From the IMG/VR virus record IMGVR_UViG_3300009391_000001: a DNA stretch of 60,156 nt; one strand, given 5' to 3'. The position numbers and the translations under genes were made by a program. This DNA is from a virus. Below, piece after piece: positions 52,379-60,156 of this stretch (positions are counted from its first letter, which is position 1; every line of letters begins with the position of its first letter). A model generated the notes under the pieces. The model saw only the letters and a program-made list of their open reading frames with translations. It was not told where the DNA came from and did not search any database.

Positions 52379-52767
52379 ACGGTTCGCCTCGCAATCATTT
52401 CGTATCGATTACGCTCGCCGATACCTTTTTTATCAATCGCGATTATCACGTAGGTAACACCGTCATGTCGTACGTATTCGATTAACTCCGCAATGTCCGC
52501 GATTAAGTCGATTTCAACCGATATCTGAATATCGCCCTTCTCGTAGATAATCCCGTTATCTGTGTAACGATCACTTCCGCCTTGTGCCGATGATACTTCG
52601 GTAACTACGGATAAGACGTTGCGCTCAACGATCACTTCGTCCGTTAGCTCGCCGGATATATCGTCGTATACGCCGGTCTTGTAACTGACCGTAATATTGC
52701 GTTGTCTTCCCCGTTTAATTTCGCTACTTGCTTCGCGCATGTACGCGATATCTGCATCCGTTAACAT
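52375..52767 (-). CDS. Head closure / head-tail adaptor protein
   Basis: 130 aa, assigned by position. Confidence 0.45.
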   Translation of the reverse strand: MLTDADIAYMREASSEIKRGRQRNITVSYKTGVYDDISGELTDEVIVERNVLSVVTEVSSAQGGSDRYTDNGIIYEKGDIQISVEIDLIADIAELIEYVRHDGVTYVIIAIDKKGIGERNRYEMIARRTV

Positions 52768-52770
52768 GCG

Positions 52771-53595
52771 TTATAACCACCTTTCGTCGAGGACGTAGGT
52801 AATGTACGATGTACAGTTCGGATGTGGTGAATAAATCTCGTCGTCAGACGGTTTATAAACTCCCGCACCCTTTCCGTATTTATCCGCGTTTGCTAATTCG
52901 TAGCATCGGTGAGCATCGTGATTTCGATGTCCGGGACGGTCGTTAATCCGTACCCACTGAACGACTTCCGATTCCCTTGCGCTAAACGCCGTAGCTGTCC
53001 GGTAAGCCGTCGAGCCTTCGGTTTGCGCGAGTCTACGAATCTTCCACGTTTCGTTATCGTGAACACGGCGAATCTTCGGTATCATCGTCGACACGCCTTC
53101 GCCTCGTAGAATAGACGAGCGGATAACGGACGATAGTTCGTCGCGCATCTCTCCGCTCAAATCCCACACGCGGTCGGATAGCACAAGACCGTCGCTTCCG
53201 AATCGCTTCGTTACATAGCGGAAGACATTCCGGTTTACCTTGTCGAACGAAGAAACGCCGATGCCGACACTTCCGATAGTTGATACGATTCCTGCGTTAA
53301 CCCTGCGCGTAGTCCATTCGCTAGTATTCGTTATGATTTCGTCGAAGGCTAGTACGCCGTGTTCCCGTAATAATCGTTCTATATCGTCCATATCACGCAT
53401 AAGCCGCCCGATTCGCTGTCGCTTGATAACGCCATCACTTCCGGCATATTCCGTTAGTAAGTCCGATAACTCTACGCGTACCCTTCCGATTTCCCGTATA
53501 GCGAACGCCTGCTGTTTTTTATTGAGTGCGTTGTAGTCCGTGGATAATCGTTTGAATATGCGGTCAAGTTCCGCTTGTGATTTAACCGCCGTCAT
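52771..53595 (-). CDS. Minor head protein (SPP1 gp7 / Mu F-like)
   Basis: 274 aa. C-terminal SPHPNCTSY fits the hPNCxC-type motif. Confidence 0.6.
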   Translation of the reverse strand: MTAVKSQAELDRIFKRLSTDYNALNKKQQAFAIREIGRVRVELSDLLTEYAGSDGVIKRQRIGRLMRDMDDIERLLREHGVLAFDEIITNTSEWTTRRVNAGIVSTIGSVGIGVSSFDKVNRNVFRYVTKRFGSDGLVLSDRVWDLSGEMRDELSSVIRSSILRGEGVSTMIPKIRRVHDNETWKIRRLAQTEGSTAYRTATAFSARESEVVQWVRINDRPGHRNHDAHRCYELANADKYGKGAGVYKPSDDEIYSPHPNCTSYITYVLDERWL

Positions 53596-53972
53596 AACCG
53601 ATCACGTCGTGGCATTACGGCAAACGACGATTTAAACACCAAGTCCTGAACGTCTAACTCCGCTTGGTACTCATCGCGGAATAACTTCGCAAGTTCGCGG
53701 TATTCCTTCGATATCATCGTCTTGTCGACCGATTCTTCGCCGTCCGTAAATTTAAAGTATGACGCCGCGTTGATAGCGACGAGTGTCGCCAGTTCCGCAG
53801 ACGCATACGATAGTAGCTTGTTATAATCCGTCAGAGGTACGTCGACGCTCGTTTGATATCCGAACATGCCAAACGTATCCTCCAAGGTATCCGTCACTGC
53901 GTCGATAGGCAACGCTGTAACTGCGTCAAATCTTCGTATCAAGCGCTGTGACATCTGCTCAAAAGTCGCCAT
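53592..53972 (-). CDS. Head-tail connector (gp6-like)
   Basis: 126 aa, assigned by position after the capsid genes. Confidence 0.45.
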   Translation of the reverse strand: MATFEQMSQRLIRRFDAVTALPIDAVTDTLEDTFGMFGYQTSVDVPLTDYNKLLSYASAELATLVAINAASYFKFTDGEESVDKTMISKEYRELAKLFRDEYQAELDVQDLVFKSSFAVMPRRDRL

Positions 53973-53989
53973 ATACGCACCTCCTTCGG

Positions 53990-54214
53990 TTATTTATCTT
54001 TTGACGCTGGCTTCCGTTTCTTAGGCGCAGGCTTGGCAGCTTTCGGCGCTGACTCCGATTTAGTAGCCGGCTTCGCCTTCGCTTTAGGTTCGGGAAGTAT
54101 TTCGACGTAGCCGAGTCCTTCGTAATACTCCGCCTCGTCTTTCGATAGTTCGATTGTTGAGCCGATGGGACGTCCGTCAAACGTCGCCCCGACCGTCTTA
54201 ACTTTTACCGTCAA
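53990..54214 (-). CDS. 74-aa protein with a Lys/Ala/Pro-rich tail
   Basis: TTG start, located directly after the capsid gene. Confidence 0.5.
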   Translation of the reverse strand: MTVKVKTVGATFDGRPIGSTIELSKDEAEYYEGLGYVEILPEPKAKAKPATKSESAPKAAKPAPKKRKPASKDK

Positions 54215-54215
54215 C

Positions 54216-55229
54216 TTATTCAGCCGCTACGTCAGCGTGGAAGATTAAGTCCGGATTTTCGATAACCGGTACGCCTGCCGCTGCAACGCGGATAACCGAT
54301 TGGATAGGCTCGAACAGGTCGTACGCGCGAAGGTCGATTCCCGGCTTATAGTCGTTCTCAACCGTTGGCCCGAATAGATATTGACCCGCTCCACGTGATG
54401 CGAATACTACGCGATACTTCGGTAAGAATTCGATAACTTCGTCGTTACCCGTATAGATGTCTTTTACCGTAATAGAACGTTGAGCCTGTACTTTAACGTT
54501 AGGCAAGCCGTAACCCGCTAGTACGTCGTTTACTTCGTTAACAGATACGCGAGTAAATACACCGCTGTTACCGCGCGCTTCCGTGATGATTTCTTCGTTC
54601 GTTTGTAGTAACGAAAGTGCTTCGCGTGACATAATGATAGCGTCCGCTGATTTACCGTTCTTCGTCACATACGCGTCGTTCCATGCGATTAAATCCGATA
54701 GAGGTTTCGCAGTAGCCGCAGTCCAAGCGTTTGCTCCGGACTTAACGTCAGGTGCGTCAATACCGAAACTTACGTTAATTTTAACGCCGTTCTTGTTGTA
54801 CGCGAATGTACCTTTTAGTAGCGCCTCAAGTTTAGATACGTCTACGCGCTTGTTAAGTGCGTTTACTAGGTCAGCCGCTTTAACCGTTAACTGATCGACC
54901 ATAGCCGACTTTTCTGCGTCCGAGCGTGCTTGGTTAAGCGCAAGTAGTTCTTCTTCCGTCGCGATATATTTAAGTCCGAGCTTTGCAACTTCGCCCATTT
55001 TATGAGCTACTGCGTCACGGTCAATTACAGGTGGTTCAGCACCGTATCCGATATATGCTGCGATGTGATTCGACTTCTTAACGATGTCGTATGCGAACGT
55101 AGAACTAAACGTCTGTCCGTTCGGTAAAAATTCGTCCGCCAGTGATGGCGCCGTGTCACCTTCGATAAGTGTTACTAATCCGCGTAAAGCGGGTTCTTGC
55201 ATCTCTAATAGATGGGAAATTCCAGCCAT
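54216..55229 (-). CDS. Major capsid protein (lambda gpE-like)
   Basis: 337 aa. Preceded by decoration and scaffold genes. GGAGGAG SD. Confidence 0.7.
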   Translation of the reverse strand: MAGISHLLEMQEPALRGLVTLIEGDTAPSLADEFLPNGQTFSSTFAYDIVKKSNHIAAYIGYGAEPPVIDRDAVAHKMGEVAKLGLKYIATEEELLALNQARSDAEKSAMVDQLTVKAADLVNALNKRVDVSKLEALLKGTFAYNKNGVKINVSFGIDAPDVKSGANAWTAATAKPLSDLIAWNDAYVTKNGKSADAIIMSREALSLLQTNEEIITEARGNSGVFTRVSVNEVNDVLAGYGLPNVKVQAQRSITVKDIYTGNDEVIEFLPKYRVVFASRGAGQYLFGPTVENDYKPGIDLRAYDLFEPIQSVIRVAAAGVPVIENPDLIFHADVAAE

Positions 55230-55283
55230 AATAAAAACTCCTCCTAATATTATCCGTTATATTTTTGTTAGTATTGCGTTATT

Positions 55284-55655
55284 TTAGATATGCGTTACAT
55301 AGCGAATTTGTGGATTAGCCGCTTTAAATTCTGCTGTTGGTGCGTCTGCTAATTTAGCTTCGTAAACACTCCCGCGAACAATCAGTTCTCCCGCGATAAG
55401 ATCGTTCTCACCGTCGTTATTGAAATCGACGTTAAGAATTCCGTAGTTATCGAAACCTTCAACAGCGCTGAATGGCTCGTACTTCCCGCTCGTCGTATTA
55501 CGTGCGATTAGCTTTCCTACGTCGTGATAACCTGTCGCGAACGCAGTAGAGTCTAGCGTTGCGCCTCCCTCGATAAATTGAAGATGTTCAGACGCGAGAA
55601 TGTTCTTTCCGCCTGTGAAACCTGTTTCTGAAAATTTCGGTGTGTATAAAGGCAT
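55284..55655 (-). CDS. Head decoration protein (gpD-like)
   Basis: 123 aa, located between the scaffold and gpE-type capsid genes. Confidence 0.45.
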   Translation of the reverse strand: MPLYTPKFSETGFTGGKNILASEHLQFIEGGATLDSTAFATGYHDVGKLIARNTTSGKYEPFSAVEGFDNYGILNVDFNNDGENDLIAGELIVRGSVYEAKLADAPTAEFKAANPQIRYVTHI

Positions 55656-55685
55656 GATATTTTTTCCTCCTAGTTTTGTTTTCCG

Positions 55686-56279
55686 TTATGATAAACGGTG
55701 TTTAATTCGTTCGTACATCGCCTTACCAATTTCCGTACCGTCCTTCTGTTCCGGTTGTTTCCGCGCGCCTCCGCCTGTTGCCGGATCAACGTAAGCCGGT
55801 GTCGGTGGTGCTACCGCTTTAAATCGTTCAACTGACGCCATAACTTCATCGTCATCGTCGCCCGTAATAAACGGCATTACATCCGCTAACTTGTCCGCGG
55901 GATAACCCGCTTCAATAAGTAGCGCCTGTTTCTTCGTTGCTAATTCGCTTGCCTTCGCCTGTAATTCGATTTCCGCAATGCGTGCCTGCGATTGTTCGTA
56001 GAGCGTTTTAAACTCCGAATCTTCTTCGAGTTTCTTACGTTCCGCTTCGTCTTTCGCGTCTTGAATCGCCTTGTCCGCCCTAGCCTTCTCGCGCGCTAAA
56101 CGCTCGCCTACAATGCGGTCGATGTCCGCTTGCGTATACTTCGGTTCTGCCGGTGGGTCGACTGGCGGGTCTAACGGTGGCGTTGGTGGGTCAGCCGGTG
56201 GTTCCGCGAAATGCTGTAAGTCTAAGCGTAGTAATTTCGGTGTTTCAAGGCGCAATGCCTCCGGTGTTTCTAGTTTCAT
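55686..56279 (-). CDS. Scaffolding protein (DUF4355-like), start refined to M21
   Basis: GGGAGGA SD before ATG 56279. N-terminal LDLQHFAE motif, Pro-rich then coiled coil. Confidence 0.55.
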   Translation of the reverse strand: MKLETPEALRLETPKLLRLDLQHFAEPPADPPTPPLDPPVDPPAEPKYTQADIDRIVGERLAREKARADKAIQDAKDEAERKKLEEDSEFKTLYEQSQARIAEIELQAKASELATKKQALLIEAGYPADKLADVMPFITGDDDDEVMASVERFKAVAPPTPAYVDPATGGGARKQPEQKDGTEIGKAMYERIKHRLS

Positions 56280-56374
56280 ATCGTATTCCTCCCGTGTTTT
56301 AACGCCGTCGCGTATTTGTCCGAGGCAGTTTATCGACATGTTCGTATCGGTCTAGGCTTGCGCCGGTATTACGT

Positions 56375-57898
56375 TTATTCTTCGCCGCCGTACGGGTCGC
56401 TACGTTGCTGCGCCCTACTGCGTTCGTTTTCGATTTCCTGTCGTTTAATCGCCGTGTTCTCGACGCCCGCCCGTGCTAATGCGCCCGCTTGCGATTCAAT
56501 GCCTGCGTCCATTTCTAACGTTAATAGTTCGACGAGTTCCGCTCGATTATCCGGTAATGGTAACGCAAATTTGATTTCGTGTTCGTAGTTATCGCCGATA
56601 AGCGTTAACACTGACTTGTCGTATCCGAATGTTCTTTCGCTTGTCCGCGCCTGTAAATAGCGGATGGACTTTTCGTGTAATTCGTATAACCGCGGTTCCC
56701 ACGATAGCCAGTGTTCTTCCGTTTCTTGGATGACATCGTGAAACATAACGTGTAATGCGTCCGCGTTAAGTCCGCCGAAATTAAGTTCGCTAATCGACAT
56801 CTGCGGTATCGACGTGATTTCGTGTAAAGCGCCTTTCACGCGGTCATACTGCGACTTGAACGCTTCGTTCCAGCGGAATCCGCCTTCTACCTTCTTAACG
56901 TCCGGCGTAAGGTCGCCTGTACCGGTGATCCCGATAACTGCGCCAGGTGCAATCTCCATCTTCTCCGCCGCGCCTTCCGGCCCGTTAATAATCGCGGTAA
57001 TCCCGAACATTTCGAATTTAAGCGAATCAATCGCATCCTCGTTCATCGCGTTTAATACGTCCGTCTGCGAACGCATATCGTCGATTTCCGAGTTAACCGC
57101 CGGTTCGCCCGCGAGTTCTTCAATCGGAAATAATACGACGGGGATAAAGTCGAGTCCCATTGGAGCAAGCTCCGTGATTGTGCGCACGAGTTCGAGTTCA
57201 TCGTTATAGACGCCTTCCGACAACCAACATACGCCGTCAATTAGTTCGTACGTTTGCTTGCGGTAGTATAGCGCACCGTCTTCCTCGAATTCCTTAACGA
57301 AGTGACACGCGATTAAATCCTCGAAATCATCTTCGGAATATATCGGAAATGTTTCGGTATCCGGAACCCATATCCAACGCAACTTTCCGGTGACCGGATT
57401 ATACATAATCTTCGCGGCTACTCGTCCGGCAATCAGTCGGTCACGCGACGCCTGTAATAACCGTTCACGCATACGGTTCTCGCGCCATAGTCGATATATC
57501 AACGCTTCAAACGCTTCGGCACGTTCGAACTCCGTTTGTTGCTCCGCCGATGGCTCGTAATCCGGCTTTGATGCTTCCGCGGGATTGTCGATTGATTTCG
57601 CGATTACGTCGATTCCGTGCTTACCGCCCATTTGCCAGCGAGCCTTCCGCTTGATAAACGCCTTGAAGTAGTTCGTCGCATATCGCGTAGGATCGTAGTC
57701 GAGTCCGGCGGGGCGCTGTAGTTCCTCCGCCTTAACGAGTTCGTCCGATGCGCCTTTGTGCTGATAGCCGGCGTAATACAGATAATTCGCGTGTTGCTTT
57801 TGTAAGCGCTGATGCTCCGCTTCGCCTAACGCTTGTTGAAACGGTGTATAAATTAAATCGTTGAGATTCTCCGGCGTTAATATGTTAAAATCCGCCAA
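56375..57898 (-). CDS. Portal protein
   Basis: 507 aa, directly after terL. TTG start after GGAGG. Confidence 0.7.
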   Translation of the reverse strand: MADFNILTPENLNDLIYTPFQQALGEAEHQRLQKQHANYLYYAGYQHKGASDELVKAEELQRPAGLDYDPTRYATNYFKAFIKRKARWQMGGKHGIDVIAKSIDNPAEASKPDYEPSAEQQTEFERAEAFEALIYRLWRENRMRERLLQASRDRLIAGRVAAKIMYNPVTGKLRWIWVPDTETFPIYSEDDFEDLIACHFVKEFEEDGALYYRKQTYELIDGVCWLSEGVYNDELELVRTITELAPMGLDFIPVVLFPIEELAGEPAVNSEIDDMRSQTDVLNAMNEDAIDSLKFEMFGITAIINGPEGAAEKMEIAPGAVIGITGTGDLTPDVKKVEGGFRWNEAFKSQYDRVKGALHEITSIPQMSISELNFGGLNADALHVMFHDVIQETEEHWLSWEPRLYELHEKSIRYLQARTSERTFGYDKSVLTLIGDNYEHEIKFALPLPDNRAELVELLTLEMDAGIESQAGALARAGVENTAIKRQEIENERSRAQQRSDPYGGEE

Positions 57899-57899
57899 G

Positions 57900-59705
57900 T
57901 TAACGCCTCCTTCCGTAGTGTTGTTGTCCGCCCGTGTTCCAGCGGTCGTTGCGTCGTACTGTCGTTACAGATACGTTTGTATCGGCGAGTGCTGAAATCG
58001 CCATTTCTAACGCGTCAATTAAATCGTCATGGTCGCCCGTACCGTAGCGTTCGAACTGTTCGAGTAAATGCGAATGTTTCCGATCAAACTGAATCGTACC
58101 GTTTTCAATCGCCGGTAATAACGCTTCTATACGTAATTCCTTACGGCTACGTTGATATATTTTCTTGACGCGTGTTTCTGCAGGATAGCCGACTTTCTTT
58201 AGCGCCTTCTTTAATTCGTCGACGAAGAACTCCTGTGCCGCGACGCTTTCCGCGCCGATTATTGTCGGTTGGTTACGTAAGACGTTCTTCACGTTTTCCC
58301 CGATAAATACGTCGGGCTTTACACGTTGTCCGTACATATCCGCGACGTAAATCGTTCCCGTTTTCTTATCGCGAGCAACTGTAGCAATTGCGGAAAAGTC
58401 ACCACGTTGCTTTCCGAGGGCCATATCGACACCGTTTGCAACTTCGTAAATGTCGCTTAATACGTCGATGTTTCCGTTGTGATACGTAAACGTTTCGGGA
58501 ACAAATACTTGCGATTCTTCGTCTATTGGGTTATTCATATATTCCGTATTAAAGGCAAGGGACCCATCATCCCACTTAACTTTCATTAACTTTAATAGCG
58601 ACTGCACTTCCGGCCATACTACGCGAGAACCATCGAGCATTTCCGCCTCATGTGCGTAATAGAATTCCTCTGCATCAATTTTCCTGTTTTCGTTTTCACG
58701 TTCGATATATATCGTTCGGCATTGTTCCCATAAGTCCATTCGTAAGGGTTCGGATATGATTGCACGGTATATTTTAGTTTTGAAATCCGACCGGTTATAC
58801 AGAATGTTCATTAGCAATGAGTCTAGGTGAACGGTTGTTCCGACGACTACAAACGCCGTCCTTTTACCTTTCGGGTCGCCTAGCGGAATCACAGTTTGAC
58901 TAAACCAGTTCTTTAATTTCTTCCGCTGTTCTGGCGTACTCGCATTTCCCCCCGCTCGAGCGTCTTCAAGGTCATCGCAGATTATTAAATCCGGTCGAGA
59001 ACCGTTCCAGTTACGTCCTCGAAGCGCTTGTCCCGTAGATACTGCTTGTACGAGCGTTAACATCCGCTTGCCTTCGTTTCCGTCCGGGTGCCATGCAATA
59101 AACGCCTCGCTATTATCGAGAACGTTCGATTGATCCTTCGGTGATAATAGCGGGCCAAAGTCCTCGCGTAGTTTACGATTTCCTTTAAGTTGATTTCGTA
59201 TCCACTCCATATTCGCCTTCGCTACGTCCGGCGTTTCCGAAATGATAATTACGTATTTACGCTTTCGGTAGCAAACTTCACTAATCGGGAAATCTTTCGT
59301 AAACCACGTTGATTTTGCGTGCGACCTCGGTGCTGCGAGTGCGACTCTGGCGTTTGTATTTACCGTCGAAACGTCGTCAATTACTTCGGTCATTTCACGG
59401 TGAAATTCCGGTGCATCTTCCTTCGTTAAAACATCGAAATCTTCCCAGTTTCCGCTATTACCGGGATTGCGTAACTCCGAGAAGTATTCAAGCGCGAATT
59501 CGTAACTATCGCCGTCACACCGGTCAATCCGTTCTAACCGTTCCAATTCCGTCCGTTTCTCGAAATAATCTTCGAGGATTCCTGCGTTCGCTAAATCGTC
59601 TACATCCGGATACTCTGCGTCGAGGACGGCGATGTAATCCGTATAGACTTCGATCATTTCCTTCCGCTCGTTTGCGCCGAGCCATCGGTTATTTACCCAT
59701 GCGAT
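57900..59705 (-). CDS. terL: Terminase large subunit, possibly AUC-initiated
   Basis: ATPase N-domain and nuclease C-domain (GDHDDLIDALEMA). AAAGGAGG lies 9 nt before ATC 59705. ATG 59657 has only GGAAGGAA abutting it. The ATG-only version is 57900-59657. Confidence 0.75.
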   Translation of the reverse strand: MAWVNNRWLGANERKEMIEVYTDYIAVLDAEYPDVDDLANAGILEDYFEKRTELERLERIDRCDGDSYEFALEYFSELRNPGNSGNWEDFDVLTKEDAPEFHREMTEVIDDVSTVNTNARVALAAPRSHAKSTWFTKDFPISEVCYRKRKYVIIISETPDVAKANMEWIRNQLKGNRKLREDFGPLLSPKDQSNVLDNSEAFIAWHPDGNEGKRMLTLVQAVSTGQALRGRNWNGSRPDLIICDDLEDARAGGNASTPEQRKKLKNWFSQTVIPLGDPKGKRTAFVVVGTTVHLDSLLMNILYNRSDFKTKIYRAIISEPLRMDLWEQCRTIYIERENENRKIDAEEFYYAHEAEMLDGSRVVWPEVQSLLKLMKVKWDDGSLAFNTEYMNNPIDEESQVFVPETFTYHNGNIDVLSDIYEVANGVDMALGKQRGDFSAIATVARDKKTGTIYVADMYGQRVKPDVFIGENVKNVLRNQPTIIGAESVAAQEFFVDELKKALKKVGYPAETRVKKIYQRSRKELRIEALLPAIENGTIQFDRKHSHLLEQFERYGTGDHDDLIDALEMAISALADTNVSVTTVRRNDRWNTGGQQHYGRRR

Positions 59706-60029
59706 ATTACATCGCCTCCTTTACGCTTATTTGTACCGCTCATTTGCGCCATGATATCGCCATGCTTACGTCGCTCCTAGCCGTTTGATGAGCGTTTATA
59801 CCCCGAAGAGGTTAGGACGCTTGTTTAGACGGTTATAATGCGGTAGAATGACGTAGTTGCTTCGGATATGCCCCGAATGTAATCCGCGATAGCCAAAGTG
59901 ATTATTTTATTCCGCGATTTTATCGGAGGGCAAAACGATATTTTAGTATTCGCGTGTTTGAACCGCCTGTAATTGTCTGTCAATTCTGACAACCCCGGGG
60001 GTCTATTTGCGCCCACTCTACGCACTATT

Positions 60030-60156
60030 CGCAACATTCCGTCATGTATACGATATTCATCGCAGCTTCCGAAAACCTTTATTATGTAAACCTACGTAGT
60101 CTCCATAACCGCATACCTACGCAGTTTACCGCCTTTCCGTATACTACCGTTTATAC
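60030..60156. repeat. Terminal overlap copy 2 (identical to 1-127)
   Basis: Same as above. The window simply runs past the circular junction. Confidence 0.95.

Larger units (their letters stand above)
1..60029. mobile_element. Complete circular or circularly permuted genome of a temperate siphovirus-like phage (Gram-positive-type host)
   Basis: 127-nt end overlap. Full head, tail (no sheath), lysis, integrase/attP, replication and nucleotide-metabolism modules. Long GGAGG-type SD sites. Confidence 0.8.

Noticed and set aside
59826-59850. A shared motif ATTATAA..CCGTC.AAA upstream of terL and at 31826-31850, as a possible late promoter
   Set aside because: There are only about 20 nt of gapped similarity and no consistent -35 element. 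That is too weak to call without a statistical search.
59825-60037. 70-aa minus-strand ORF in the terS-terL spacer, and the 66-aa ORF at 1078-1278
   Set aside because: Neither has an SD, both are Arg/Ile-rich, and they overlap repeat arrays or the 3' end of a real gene. They are likely non-coding.

Overview
The window holds one complete tailed-phage genome of about 60.0 kb. The last 127 nt (60030-60156) repeat the first 127 nt, so the unique sequence is 60029 bp and is circular or circularly permuted. Almost every gene is on the minus strand. Genes are tightly packed, with ATGA/GTGA/TTGA stop-start overlaps and long AAAGGGGAG/GGAGG Shine-Dalgarno sites, which suggests a Firmicute-type host. 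Minus-strand order from the junction, late genes: terL, portal, scaffold, decoration protein, lambda-E-type capsid, connectors, major tail, a -1 frameshifted chaperone, tape measure, Dit, Tal, a BppU/SGNH-esterase fibre and a Wzy/O-antigen-ligase-like membrane protein. Then come the XhlA-holin-amidase lysis genes and an autonomous ~4-kb cassette (RHH protein, two small membrane proteins, an 850-aa protein with deviant P-loop motifs, second RHH-like protein). Next are attP carrying a tRNA-Arg(CCG) 3' fragment, a tyrosine integrase and a 0.85-kb non-coding iteron/inverted-repeat region. Early genes follow: DUF3102, SprT-like, DnaC-like loader, DnaB-like helicase, TOPRIM primase, a sigma-like factor, HNH and PD-(D/E)XK nucleases, an SSB-like protein, family A DNA polymerase, RuvC-like resolvase, class II RNR, PhoH, dimeric-dUTPase-like protein, ThyA and three DNA methyltransferases. 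The last minus-strand gene is a terS-like HTH gene. Only four ORFs lie on the plus strand (5304, 5801, 24389, 38375), and two of them are under 60 aa and absent from the ORF track. Main hunting results: (1) the lysis-attP cassette is a candidate undescribed system; (2) three genes appear to start at AUC codons with well-placed SD sites; (3) a GTTTGA-N5-TCAAAC operator overlaps the -35 of three TTGAC(A/T) promoters; (4) there are several repeat arrays, a candidate structured RNA, a 22-aa hydrophobic antisense peptide and about ten unannotated micro-ORFs. All family assignments come from motifs read by eye. No database search was possible.
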